A stretch of 64,000 nt of DNA, from positions 434,001 to 498,000 of the forward strand of contig JAQGDQ010000143.1 of assembly GCA_030141605.1 (NCBI GenBank). The letters run 5' to 3'. This document shows positions 1 through 13,180 of this stretch, piece after piece. The translations under genes were made by a program, and so were the position numbers. The stretch is from Tubiluchus corallicola (lineage: Eukaryota > Animalia > Priapulida). Position 1 is the stretch's first letter, and the number at the start of each line of letters is the position of its first letter. The notes below the pieces were generated by a model that was not told where the DNA came from, did not search any database, and was given only the letters and a program-made list of their open reading frames with translations.

Positions 1-310
1 TGACTAACCAGAGAACAGCTGCGTGACGTCAGTTTTACTTTCAAGTGGTCGTTCTTCGTGGATGACTTTAGATGCCGACTTCTTCCATCGAAAGTTAACC
101 AGCACCTGTGATCAGCGACGGACCAAGCAATGCCGCCGGCACCTGACCTAGCATGTGACACATCTGAAAGAATCCGATTCTGCCAGGCAAGTTCTTTCTG
201 CTGTCTCTTGTTCTCAGTCGGTCATCCCTCCTTAGGACATCGATGCAACTTGTTGTTGATCTCATGAATCTGGCTGACGACGTAGCTTCCGTCTGTGGAG
301 TGATTGCAAC
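1..310 (+). mobile_element. Degenerate 3' remnant of an RTE-clade LINE (post-RT C-terminal region)
   Basis: Manual + strand translation gives 'TFKWSFFVDDFRCRLL' and 'RRHLT*HVTHLKESDSARQVLSA'. These resemble the RTE C-terminal pattern 'W.DFVSN..LL...RRL.LFGHVARL.E.DPARQVL'. Stops and frameshifts are present. Confidence 0.4.
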
Positions 311-3300
311 GCTCAATTAGCAACCTTAAACTAACTGTTTAACTCAATATTCTTCCCACAATCTGGTCTTCCTTTCCAACAACAAAAATTCTCGGATAGT
401 TACGCAGGAAACAGAATTGCAGTGAGTGCAAGCAACCCAAGCAATAAACTTGCAAGAACATAGCTTTCTTTCGCAATCTCCCTTGCAGACGCAACCGATC
501 ACTTTGAGTAAATGTCATCTTCTTCGTCAAACCTTAGCGGTCTTTAATTTTCTAGCTGTCAGCAAGTTTTAACTGTAAAACACATAGCAATTACTGCATC
601 TACGCATGAACTTAAGTCATAATGCCTCGGTTAAGTAGTAGACAAAGAAGAGATTGGTGCACATTTGGCTCTCGGTGCAAGTGGCTATAGCCGGAAGGCG
701 GAAACAATTCAAAAACAGATTTGTGGTGATTGATTTTTAACAGTAGAGGAACGTGTTAACATTATTCCTTCTTCTTGAAGCGTGTGAGGTTGAAGCTAAC
801 AGAAAAACAATTTTCTGGTAATAGATTCCACAAGTAAGAGGTCCGAAAGAGAATGTAGATTTATCAATGATTTTCTACAATGATTAAAGTTGCTTTTGCA
901 AGGACAAGAGAAATTTGAAAATGTTTAGCTGAATGATTAATTTGACAAAAAACTTCGATTTTTTATACAATATGATCGATTTTTGTTTTGTTTCAACCAG
1001 CAGGCATAGAGCCCGCCATTGAAATTAGCTACGTTATTTAGAAGATTTGGCTGGGGCTAAATTTGGAGATGAGATACAACTTAACCTGAAATGATAAAGT
1101 TTCTGCTGCATATTTGTTTTGAATCAGACATTTTTCCCCGCCTAAATGAACTATCTTGTGTTGTTATTATCTAGTCGAAGATCATAGTTCATTAAAAGAT
1201 AACGTTAGCTAGCTGAACGCACTAAACGGCACTTAATTATCAATTTTATCAGCAATTTTGCCCCGCGCCATTTAAGTTTATTACCTCATATAATAGCAGT
1301 ATGCACGAGGCTTCATTTAACTTGGATAAGGCTAACAAAAGACAGTTTGAGTTAAACAAACATTTATCAATTCACTGACGATTTTAATTTATTTTATCAA
1401 GTTTTTAATACACATTTCACTGCTTCTCCACACTTACATGAGTGGTGTTTACACACAATGCCTTTGCATTGGTAGTGGATTTATTCTCATCATCCCCGCT
1501 GTTGCCGCCATCAGCTGTCGTGTGATTCTAGTAAATTTAGGCTTATTGCAATTGCTGGAGACCTTTATTAGCTCTAGCTAACTACTTCTAGGTGGTTTCA
1601 CTTGATAATCTTAGTGATGTTTCATCCTAACTTCCAAGTTAGACCTTGATGCACCAATGACGCTTTAATCCAGCATGAAGTGACCTATTGTTTTCATACA
1701 ACTTCAGTTTGTGAAGACATCTATGAAGTGCTTCAGTAACAAACCCACAATACAATGACCTGAACTGGTACTATAAAATTGCTAAGACTAAAGCAAGACC
1801 ATATTCATCAATCTTGCCTCTTCTAGAGTTTTTCTTTTCCTCATCAATTTTCTTTTTCTCTCAGACCTACTAAACAGTGAATCTAGTTAACTGCGTGCAG
1901 CTTTTTTGGTACTGCCTTGAATGAATATTTTAAGTACCATAAATTTTCGTGAGGTACGAATGAGTCAAATATCCACCTACATGTTACTGTGGTGATAAAT
2001 GCATTTGATGAATGCATATTATTTTTCAAGTTTTATAGATTTGCTATGGATGCTGTCAGTGTTAGCTTGCATTTGTTTTATGGCTGTCATTTGTGGTTAA
2101 TGCAATTTCAATTCAATTTCAATTGCAATTCTATTTCATATAAAAGCTACAGAACAAATGGAGAGTTACAAATACAAATGAAATAGTATTTACAGTGAAC
2201 GTATGATAATGATAATTACCTAAGCTAGATGACGCTATAATTTCAATATATGGTATTACTCATGCAATACTGATTCATGTAAAATAGCATTCCGTTTTCA
2301 AGGAGAAATATCTAAAGACTCAACCGGTACTTCCGATTAGGGCAATCAACTTTGGATTTTTATTGTGCATCACACACAGTTTTATTTATGTAAAAGACTT
2401 GTAAAACAGCGATAAATGTAAGCAAATTAAACACACAACCAAGACATTTCAATGGAATAGTAGACTGAAAATTTTTCTAATATCATTATAAGCTAATCTT
2501 AGTGAGTTAATATTATATAGCCGAAATACTTCATCTCTCCCTTCTTTCCTTGCATACAGCCACACTTGTGCTGTAAAATTCTTCAACGCCAATCTAATAT
2601 AGATGCAGAAATTTAAATAAGTCCAAAGGAGATAAATCGAGCCTAAATATGATTGATTAATATGTGGCTTTTAGGTCCCCAATACGTTATTGTACCATTC
2701 GTGCATATGAGAGCTACAGAAACCAGTGAGCTGTAGAAATAAAACCGGGTCTAAAAATTCTAATCCTTTAGGATGTTGTGGCTCACTGAACTTTTTGACT
2801 ACATGATCAATAATAATTGTAATATCTTTTTGCTCTTTTTTATATTTTAGGCATGTTTTTAGGATTGTTTTTCATTTGTATTTAGTCGTATTTTTAATGC
2901 CAATATCGTGTCATTTTACAACATTGGCTGGCGTAATTGTTAATATAATCTGCCTGTTTCATTTTTCTAAAATACTGAACTACAGGCGGTACCTCGCCAA
3001 CAAGGGCTAAAACCACCCAGACTGGTTCGGCACCAACAGATGCGGTTTGGCAGACCACATAGTATGACATTGTTTACATTAATTATATACCATAATAAAA
3101 CAAAATTACCAGAGTACATCCCCAGCTTTGCACACATACTCATATGAAGTTATTAGTTTTATTAGGCAATTACCGCAGCACAGTAAAACACTGATTTGTT
3201 ATAATTCTCATTATCTGGTTTCTATTTTTAAAATTTTATCAATGTATTAATATTCTATTAGGCCCATATCCTACACAGCCTATGAAAACAAAAGTGCTAA

Positions 3301-3559
3301 TATTTTGATATTATTTTGTATTAAATTTCTATTTATGCTTAGCACTTAGCAAGAGACTCCCTCGAAAACCTTCATTTTGTATGAAGTTTAGTCTTTGGTT
3401 TTGTTTTATTTTAAATCTTCACGTGTTAATGTTTATTGTCAATACTTCTGGCATTAATGAGATCCTCACCTCTTAACTCTCAAAAAAAGTTTGCATATTT
3501 GGTCGGAGTATTTTTTCGTACTTTTCTTGTCTTCTGTTCTTGTTAGCAGCATTTTTATT

Positions 3560-4580
3560 TCATTTGCTGTATTTATGACTAACTCCATATTAGCTTACTT
3601 TTTTCTTGTTACATTCATGATTTAACTGCATTTTGTTCTTTTGCTGCATTTATGATTTAACTTCATTATCTGATTGCTGTTTTGGTTATGTTAATGATTT
3701 AACTGCATTTTTGCTTATTCGCTACACTTACAATTTGTTTCCTTTTTGTACATTTGTCCATTTGTATATTAAATTTAATTGCAGTTTTTGCTTGCTTTTT
3801 TATTAGATAAATCCATAAGCTAACTGTATTACTTGCATTTTGTGTTTATTTGTTACATTATGACTTAACTGCATTACTGAGTGCTTTTGCTCCTTTACTG
3901 CGATTAAGATTTGCTGCATAATTTTTTCCCTTGTGTTGCATTCGTGATTTAACCGCATTACTTGCTTGCTTCTTTGGTTGCATTCATAACTTAACTACAT
4001 AGTGCTCATTTGCTGCTTTTATGATTTATTGCATTAAATTTGCTTGCTTTTCTTTATTGTTACATTCATGAGTTATTGCATTTTGTTCATTTGCTGCATT
4101 CATGATTTGATTCCTTTTTACTCATTTGCTACATTTAAATTTAATAATTGTAGTTTTTGCTTCGGTTTTGTATTATCAGCTACATTTATAAATTTAACTA
4201 CAGTATTTGCTTGCTTTTTATTTATTTGCAATACTTGCGTTTTAGTAACATTGCTTGCTTGCTTGAATTTTGCTCATTCGCTATATTTAGGATTTGCTCT
4301 TTTCAAATGTTACATTTAAATTTAATTGTAGTTTTTTTTGCTTGCTTTTCATTTATTAGCTACATTTGTAAATTAACTGCATTACTTGCTTTTTGTGTAC
4401 GGCATTACTGATTGCTTTTGTTCATTTACTACATTTCAGATTTACTGCACAATTTTTCTTCACCTTCTGTGTATTTGTTGCTTTTATAAATTAACTGCGT
4501 TATCAGCTTGCTTTTTTCATTGTTATAATCATCATTTAACTGCATTGCATTTTGTTCATTTAACACACTTGATCTAACTA
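3560..4580. repeat. Degenerate T-rich minisatellite, ~30-37 bp units
   Basis: The anchors TGATTTAACTGCATT and TTGCTTGCTTTT recur across ~1 kb. The longer block AAATTTAAT(AAT)TG(C/T)AGTTTTT recurs near 3771, 4137 and 4318. Confidence 0.75.
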
Positions 4581-4589
4581 CATATTATT

Positions 4590-4756
4590 TGCTTAACCGT
4601 GTACTCTGCAGTCCTTTATACTATTCTTAAGTTAAATAGGGGTGGCTGACTCGATAACCTCCTGGTTCTTCGCCAGCCTATCTCTACCCACGTTACGTAA
4701 TTTGCTGTAATATAGTATTGGAGATAAATAAAACTTTTGAATTGAATTGAATTGAA
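4590..4756 (+). mobile_element. 3' terminus of an L2/CR1-type LINE (stem-loop, AATAAA, (TTGAA)n tail)
   Basis: A GGCTG...CAGCC hairpin in gggggtggctgactcgataacctcctggttcttcgccagcc is followed by ataaataaaac and (TTGAA)4. This is the usual layout of L2/CR1 3' UTRs. Confidence 0.5.
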
Positions 4757-5014
4757 TGCGGAGGTTTATAATCGGTCTATATAGCTTTCTGACATCCATC
4801 CACGAAACAATAGAATGATGTGTAAGAAAAACAGCACCTTTATTTGCAAATCACATGACGCAGATTTTAAAACAACGCACTGTCGTAGATTAATCTTACT
4901 GGACCGGTAAAAAAGCAGAGAAGGCCGCTTTTATACAGGCCAGATGCATAACTTGGTTTTAGCAGAAACTTACATTTAGCGTGAAAGTGATGTTAAGTAG
5001 ACTACTGTGTATGC

Positions 5015-6620
5015 TTTATAAATGTTCTCAATAAAAATAACAAAATAAAATAAAATAAATCTATAGCATTTATAAATACTGTTTATTTTTGTCATTGTTA
5101 ACAAGTAAATAAATAAGTAAGTAAAGAAAGCTATAAAGCACGTGCATTTATTGTAAATGTTCCGATCGCTTTTCTCACCCTTGCAAATTTAATATCACCA
5201 CAAAACGAAAACTCCAGGCGAGAGAAACGGTTATAAATATTTATTTAACAAGTATTAATTTCATGGCAACTGGTAACGCATCTATTATTTAACTGGTTGC
5301 TATTATGCACAAGCGATCAGTACAGCACTAATGACAAAATTTTGTATTGTGCGACACGTTTTATGGCTATCCCTTTTAATCGTTTGTATAACTGCATTAC
5401 TGCAACTATAATGCAAACATAAATGCCCAAACAATCAAGTTTAATAAATTCTGGCACGCAGGTCTTTACTATTATTCCGTAGGAAAGCTTGTGGTGTAGA
5501 AAGATAAGCTTCTGCTGGTTAACATTAAAAGCAATACATGAGAAAACGGTTGGTTGGTTAGTTGATTCATTGGCTGGTTGATTGATTGGTTGGTTGGTTG
5601 GTTGGTTGGTTGGTTGGGTGGTTGGCTGGCTGACTGGCTGGCTGGCTGGTTGATTGGTTGGTTGGTTGGTCGGTCGGTCGGTCGTTCGGTCGGTCGGTCG
5701 GTCGGTTGGTTGGTTGGTTTGGTCGGTTGGCCGGTCGGTCGGTTGGTTGGTTGGTTGGTTGGTTGATTGATTTTTATGTGATTGATTGTTTCGATGTTTT
5801 ATAGATTTTTTTATTTTATCGTATTTTCAATGTCAAAATCAGGAATTTTATTCAATATGAACTTGTGTTTAATCGTAATTGTCGTTTCACAACATAGATG
5901 CTATACCAATCAAAGCTAATATAGCCTGCCAGTCTCACCGTTTATAAAAATACATTATATTTTATAAATGTTCTTAATTAAAATAATAAAATAAAATAAA
6001 TCGTTGACCCTCAACTTTTATAAATATTGTTAATTTTTACTAATGTAATAAAAAATACATAGGTAAGTAAGTAAGCAAGTAAGTAATTAAGTAAATAAAT
6101 AATCGCTGAAAGTTAGAAAGCACCAATTCTTGTAAATTTTCCGTTTACTTTTGTTACCCTTGCAAATTTAATATCACCACAAAACGAAAAAAGTCCAAGG
6201 GAGAGAAACGGTTGTAAATATTTATTTAACAGTAATTAATTTCATGGCAGATTGTAAAGCGTCTATTATTTAGCTGCGTTAGACCATTACTCTCTACTAT
6301 TGTTCTGTAGGTGTACAAAGATAAACTTCTGCTGATTAACCTACCAGCAACACACAAAAAATGCGTAGATGGTTGGTTTGGTTGACTGGGTGAATGGGTG
6401 TATGGTCGGCAGTCAGTTTTCTGGCTGGTTGCTTGACAGGTTGGCAGGTTGATGGTTTGGTGGTTGGTTGGTTGGTTGGTTGGTTGGTTGGTTGGCTGGT
6501 CGGTCGGTCGATCGGTTGGTTGGTTGGTCGGTCGGTCGGTCGGTCGGTAGAGTAGCAGGAATGCTAGTTTTGTTGTGTAATTGTTGAGTTTAGTTGATTG
6601 GATTGATAGTTGGATTGGTG
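5015..6620. repeat. Diverged tandem duplication (copies ~5015-5770 and ~5961-6620), each ending in a (GGTT)n/(GGTC)n microsatellite
   Basis: The 35 bp block ACCCTTGCAAATTTAATATCACCACAAAACGAAAA is identical at 5177-5211 and 6156-6190. Similarity is collinear on both sides. Copy 1 has ~160 bp extra near 5300-5460. Confidence 0.9.
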
Positions 6621-7679
6621 GATGGAGTTGCAGCAATTAAACTGTTACCCCATGGTTTACTGGTTTGCTAATTCATAAGGCATTTTACCCACCTACAATC
6701 AACCGGTAAGTCATCAGTCTGTTATTTATAATTGAGCTCCTCTAATGCTTATAGCAATTAATTTCACAATTCCAATTTATAATTGTTTCTGCAATAACGA
6801 AATGCCGCAAATGACGTGTTTTTCATAAACGTTAAACGTCAAACGTTAAAACTTTCAATATCACCGTCTTCTCCCAAACATTATTGAGTTTTAAACAAAA
6901 ATGTACAGTCTAATGTGTCTTTCTCTTTTCTCCCTTGTTTAAGATCATTAGGACATTTTTGCAGTAAAAAAATTATAATTGTTGTCATAAATAAAGTTTG
7001 GTATTACTGCACATGCGCGTAGGTCGCCGCCTGGATTGTGTACTGCGCATGCGCAGATGTTACCTCATAATTAAAACAAACGTTGGTGAAAACTTGTTAC
7101 CCCCCCCCCCTCCCCCCTGCACAGACTGGCGATCTTCCATCTGATAAATGCCAATCAAATCGCAGGTGTACTGCGCATATCTTCCGCGCAGATGTGACTT
7201 CGCGCGGCCACGCTGAAATTGCGTCACGGGAAATTGGCACTCGAGATGCGAATACGGTTGATTTAACCTCAATGTGAATTTAGTGTGAATTAGCTTCATG
7301 TTGTGCCAACGTTCGCCCTGTGAAGCCAGCAACAAACCGATGCTAATATTGTCATAAAATTTATCAAGTGAAGAAAATCTGTAAAAGGGATGCTCTGAGT
7401 AAGTACAATTATAAATTATAAAAAGTCTAAAATTGTTAAGTCAAACATACATCGTTAATTAGTTCGTCTTGTGAGTAGGTTTTGTGGTTATTTTATTTCC
7501 ACAAAAAAGCTTTGAAAACAAAAAATGTATTGTATTTACAAATGCTATTTACGTAAATATGAATGGATGGATGGACGAATATGGGCTATATATAACTGCT
7601 CGATCATCAAAGAAAAGACACTAAATTAGATATTTCTAGATTAGATTACATTAGATTAGATTAGATATATATATAGGCC

Positions 7680-7696
7680 GACTATATAAATATATA

Positions 7697-7737
<41 letters not shown>

Positions 7738-7740
7738 ATA
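7680..7740. repeat. (TA)n/(TG)n microsatellite
   Basis: Directly visible. Confidence 0.9.
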
Positions 7741-8640
7741 TTTCTCTGTCGCACAAAATATTGACGCATCCTATTTCTGGTACAACTGTTTCACATCTCG
7801 TTGGTCTTTTTTCTGCATACTGTTTGCATTTGGTTGTAGAAAGTAGTTTTTGACTAACAAAGCACAGACGGTACTACATCCTGTTTGGATGTATTATCCA
7901 ATATTATCCAATTTATTATTAATGAATTTTGTATAGTACTGTTTTATAAAAATATAATAATATTATTTTTGATGTAGCAAAATCAGTAATTCAAATATTG
8001 TCAAAAGCAAATCTCTAAAAATCTTAGCTTAGATAATATTTATTATTATTTTAACTATATACAGAATACAATCACAGCTACCTATGCTTAAAAATTTTAA
8101 TTTGTGACCTTAGAAGATTGACTGATAAATTGACTTAGAAAATTGACTGATAAATTTAGATGGATCATGGATGATAGACAGTATGAAAACATTAAGTTTA
8201 TACTAAGTAATGTATACTTGTGCTGGTAATTAATATAATCAAGAAAATTCTCAATAAAAAGTTTACTAATAAATAGTCTCTAGAACGAAATGCTTGTAGC
8301 AAACGAAGGAATTTTTGTCGGGTTTTCTCTTGCCTTGTTTGATCGTATGCCGGCACTTATTTGAAAGTTCAGGATTTTTGGGCATGAATGTCAATTGGCA
8401 TTAGAACAAAATTTGAACACAACATGTAGTCAGAGGCATACTAAATAGTATTGTGTTAATGGAAGAAAAGGCTTCGCGACAGCATAAACAACTTTATCCA
8501 GTCAGGGTTTCTTACGTTCTGTGTTGACTTTCACAGCTTACACCACGCCATGAAATTTAGACAAGGATCTGAACGAAATATGCATCACCTAGCAGCAGTT
8601 TCAGCACAGGGCCTCGTTGCATTTTCACCATGAATGAACA

Positions 8641-8890
8641 TCACATTGTAGTATCAGTGTGAATAAGTCGTAACTCAAGTAGCCCTAAATTTAAGCAAGT
8701 CAGCCTATCAGTGTATGATATTTTACCTAATGTTACACACTGAAAAGACGCCATAAAACATCGTTGTACATTTTCGACAAGGTCCAAATCTTTCAACAGA
8801 TAAGGATTCCAAGTGAGCGTACAGTTTTCAATAATACCAGTTTTAACAGTAATTAGCAGACATAGTAAAACAACGAAACAACGTAACGAC
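8641..8890 (-). mobile_element. Degenerate CR1-type LINE fragment (C-terminal to RT)
   Basis: ORF 8641..9006(-) contains 'TWNPYLLKDLDLVENVQRCF...KISYTDRLTCLNLGLLELRLIHTD'. This matches the CR1 pattern 'WSP.L.KDI..LE.VQRRFT...LSY.ERL..L.L..LE.RR...D'. Confidence 0.8.
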
Positions 8891-10020
8891 ACGATTAGCT
8901 TTTTTTCAGCTGTTCTAAACATGAGTGATTTTTGTTTTAGTTTTGAGTAATCCAAGGTCGCTGACTTCGAAGGGCGTTCTTTCGAAGGGAATACGGTTCC
9001 TACCATTGTATAATCAAAACATGGCGGTTGATTTTGAGCCTAATTCATGGGGCGTAGTAAATTTTAGACACTTCTGCCGAAAATCCAGGCTTGAACTGGT
9101 TTACTTCTTCCGGTCTTGTGTTATTTTAATGCTGAATCTCGGTACTGGTTTCAAAATATGGTTTACGCAGCTTGGAAAAAGCTTAGGGCATGCTGGAGTA
9201 ATGCGTGATGTAACTCCAAATGGTTTGCGAATTCGTGATAGTATAAAAATTTATTTGCATTTCATTAAGTACATAAAATACATGGGTACAAAAACACAAT
9301 TAAAGTTACATGAATAATTATTACATAATATTAAATAACCCTGGACGATATTATATGAAATGTAAGGGAAAATGAAGCATTTATAGAATCCTTCCCCTTT
9401 CCTTATAATATATTTCATCTAGTTATAAATGGTGATGCACATATTAGAAGATATTTTAAATATATTGTACATAATCTTAATATATGTGCGTACATTAAAA
9501 ATAAAAATGTTTTTGTGAATTATACATCAAGTATATATAGTAATAAATGTTTTTTGTGCATTCAGTGTAATTTTTAGCTTTTACGTGATAAGTGGAAAAG
9601 TTGTGACATAAAGTGACCCAGAGACAAGTCAAGTCATAGTGCAATAATTACACGCTAGTATGTATGTACTACTAAAAAATTGTAATCATAACAACAGCAC
9701 TAAAAGAAAACAGTTACTGTCATTATCGTGATTTTATTGCCGCCGATTTTCATACCCAGCGTTTCGTAACTAAATTAATATACATAATGCAGTTATACAT
9801 TATAATTAAGATGTATGCAGTACTTGTAAAGTTCACGAATTAGGCGTAGAATGGCAATCCAGATATTTCTTAGTTATAGTACAGCATTTATTTATTTCAC
9901 GTATTTAAATTTTTATATCTCTGTAACTTACCGGCCTGCAAATAGAGGCCCCGTTTGTATACACTCATTTGTATATATATATATATTTATGAAATAAATT
10001 TTATCGTCATCATCAGTTAC

Positions 10021-10185
10021 TAATGTAATGCACTTAAAGAACAAAAACGACAGCCAGTACAACAACAACCATGACAACAACGACAGTGAAAGCAGCAATA
10101 ACTGCTTGAACAAAATTGACAGTGGTAGTAGCTACAACAACAACGACGACGACGACGACGACGACAACAGTAATAACAGCAGCAA
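10021..10185. repeat. Compound (AAC/GAC)n trinucleotide repeat
   Basis: Directly visible; it explains ORFs 10028+ and 10034-. Confidence 0.85.
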
Positions 10186-10885
10186 TAGGCCGCAGTGGAG
10201 CCCGATTTCTCACTTTTTCAATACGGCCCTTAAATCTATCGTTAAATGGATCTGTCCTATACATCACGCGTTCAGAGTAGCGAGTTTTCTCGTTACAATG
10301 TGTATTCTAAATTTTTAGGAAAAAAATGAATCATGGCAACGACAGTCGCTTCCCAATAATAATAACGGAAATAATTTTACAGCAAGTAGGACGTGCCGGA
10401 TCGAAGCCATCAGTGCGTTCCAGTTATCTAGAATTTTGCATGCAAGATTCAACAATGGAAGTGCATATGCAAAACAATTGACAAATATTACAGATGTAAA
10501 CCAACTACTGGGCATGCTTATTAGCTGGTGTGTAAGTAAACCTGAAACTGTTTGCAAGGGCGATGCAATTTCATTGGCATTCAATTTAAGTCTTGCAGAA
10601 AAGGCTCTCCGCCTAATCAAGCAAAGCAAGCAGATAAGGTCACTTTCAGAGCCTATTAGTGAATTTCGAACAGCGCACAAACATTGTTCATTCCGAACGT
10701 GTGTTGAATAGTTAATGGCATGTATGTCTTTCAGCGTCTGTTTTGAATACTGAATTTTTGAGAAGTTTTGGAAATGTGAGTGGCTTGCCAGATTACTTTT
10801 CGAGATAAGACATCTTTACAAAATTTTAAGTGTTAAAATTTTAAAAATGTGCGAAAGTCATGAAGTCCGTCGAAACACTAGAAGC

Positions 10886-11035
10886 GAATGTAGGTAAAAG
10901 TGGCACAGGTACAAATGGCACAGGAAAAATGGCACGGCAAAATGGCAGAGGGAAAAATGGCACAGGAAAAATGGCACAAATGGAAAAGTTCGTAAAAATA
11001 GTACAGGTAAAAACGGCACAGGAAAAATGGCACTA
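10886..11035 (+). mobile_element. Terminal arm of a foldback/MULE-like non-autonomous element built from AAAATGGCACAGG subrepeats
   Basis: The arm starts GAATGTAGGTAAAAGTGGCACAGG and carries about 8 subrepeats. The same motif occurs at 26134-26368 and, inverted, at 32060-32101. Confidence 0.65.
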
Positions 11036-12279
11036 GGAACTTACGTTGCTCAAAATTCTGAAATATGACTTCTTTTAAAAAACACTCAAACTTCAAGTTT
11101 CTAGAAACGCTATAGCTGACAACAGCAATGTATTGGAAGCAATGAAAATGCACTTTTTTAAATTTTTTAAAGACATTATAGTAAAAAACGGTCTTATTTA
11201 ACATAGATGTAGTTATGGTAATGGTCATTTAATGATCTGGAATACCTTTCAGCATAATTACGTATCACGTGAGCAAACTATTACTCCATGCAAATAAGAA
11301 AGAATTCATGTAAGATGCTGCTTTACTTTGAACTTTTGTTCGCTTTTCGCTGAATAGTCGTCCGATTCCTTATAAATCGAAATAAATTCATATGTATAAT
11401 CATAAATATTTAAGAAGCACATTTACTGCAAGACGACATTCAACCTAATCGTTTGTACATGTGGGTATTCTATGGAGCAACTTGGCCAATGAATCCAGCC
11501 ATGAAACCAACCAATGAAATACTAATGAATCCAGCCTTGTCCCCTTACACATCGTGGCTTCCAGCGTAACCTAAGCTTCTTTGCACATGTATGAGGTCCG
11601 CGATTACTACCTAAAGCCAAAGCTTTCCAAGTAAGATGATTCTAGCTCGCACAAGGAAATAAAGCCGATTTTCATAATATCTTTGATAAACTATACGTTG
11701 TGCGTGCTTGTTTGTGTAATCGGCCATTAGCACAGTTTGTATGATTTTCAGATATTGGAATGGCCTACTATAGCCTGAGCATGCGCAAAGATTGTCATCT
11801 ATTAAGGTCGCGAACTGTTGGTGAGTGGTCCCCTGTCAAAATATTATAGTTCGATTTTACTAAAACGAAATGCAATTCCTAAGTAAGCAAACATGGTGAA
11901 TTCAAAGAAGTCAACATTATGTACTTCGAACCTTGAGTTAGGGGCCATTGGTGAAAAGCCACAAATTCCGACTTCACTGAAGGTCTTAATGTCAAGCACA
12001 ACAGTATGTACGTACATGATGTTAACTATTTTGAAAAACGTGCTTTTTTGAAAAACAAAAGCTGTCATATAAAGCATCTCCTATTACCACAGTTTTTGAT
12101 ACTCAAATAGGTCCTCTAGTTAGTTTTGGATTTGTGCCGTTATATAAAATAATTTAGACGTTAAGATTATAATACCTTACATTACAACAGTAGTTTACTC
12201 ACAAAATATCTTCTAAATTTGTCATTAAATTGTATGCCATTTCAACAGTTTTTTCGTTTGAGGTCGAAACTGCTCTCCA

Positions 12280-13180
12280 TTTTTCTCAAATAAATCATCT
12301 ATACGAGTGCTAGTTGAAATGCGATTAAACCCGAGTCCAAATCAGTTTATCAGACAGCAGTGACGCGCTTCCGTTATCATCGCCTAAATGCCTTTTTCAA
12401 AATAGTCAGTAACTTAGCCCCACACTATTTAAGAGTAATTCTCCCGCCCAAATTAAACGAGGTTACCCCCTTTATGTACTAGTGGCAGTAAATGCAGACA
12501 TTTTAATTAATTTCCATTACGAAAGCTGTAAAAATCCGTTTTCATTTCGACAATTAATTTCGGCAACTTATCGCAGAACATTCGTGAAATTACACTCGTT
12601 TCACTTCAAAGAAGAGCACAAAACTCCTTTAAGTTTTTTGATACGTAAGAAGCATTTTTCATTTGATAAATCTCCAATTTCTTTGCATCATGCGCGCATG
12701 AGAGTCGGATTTTCTCAGCTAAACTATTACCTATTCTCTAAAAGTCATTCAGGATTACCGAATTATAAGTACGGACTTCGGTTTGAGTCTGCTGAACACC
12801 TTTTGTTGTACTGTCCGTTGTATCAACAAGCTAGGATTGTTACGTTTGATAAATTAAATGAAATATTGCCGCCTGAAAACCTTAAAATAGCTACACTGGG
12901 AAGTAATGCTCTGTTGAAGTTGCTTTGTTTGGAAACGACTACTTTAATTATGTTGTTAATTGTAAACTACTCCAATGTGAACATGACTATTTTTCCAGAA
13001 GTTTTCAGAAGTTTCCATCTCAAATGAAGTGCGTCAGTCCTAAAAATACACAGATTAAAATTTTCAACTATCGATTTATAAATTATATGTTTTCTAAATA
13101 GTGTATATAGCTTCTTGCGATGAGTACCTTAAATCATGTTTTGAAACTGTCTGTTCCAATCCTGTAATAAATAATGTTAT
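12280..13180 (+). mobile_element. Degenerate 3' part of a CR1/L2-group LINE with a decayed C-terminal zinc-knuckle region
   Basis: 'RYHRLNAFFKIVSNLAPHYLRVILPP' and 'HARMRVGFSQLNYYLF...ESAEHLLLYCPLYQQAR' match the invertebrate LINE C-terminal pattern HARLR...LN.HLF...C.CG..E...H....CPLY...R. The first two Cys are lost. AATAAA lies near 13165. Confidence 0.8.

Noticed and set aside
3560-4580. CRISPR-like repeat/spacer appearance (also 52475-53378)
   Set aside because: The anchors are degenerate, the linkers are related low-complexity sequence rather than unique spacers, there are no cas genes, and the context is eukaryotic.
5578-6636. ORFs 5578+ (GWLV repeats) and 6226- (TNQP repeats)
   Set aside because: They are translations of (GGTT)n/(GGTC)n microsatellites.
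8105-8156. Short direct duplications (also ~14627, ~22303, ~37511)
   Set aside because: These are ordinary slippage duplications of 12-25 bp.
8925-9317. 130 aa + strand ORF and other 60-130 aa ORFs in unique DNA (e.g. 10315-, 10436+, 57606+)
   Set aside because: They have no recognisable motifs or supporting splice structure, and many use non-ATG starts. Small exons of an unrecognised gene cannot be excluded without RNA data.
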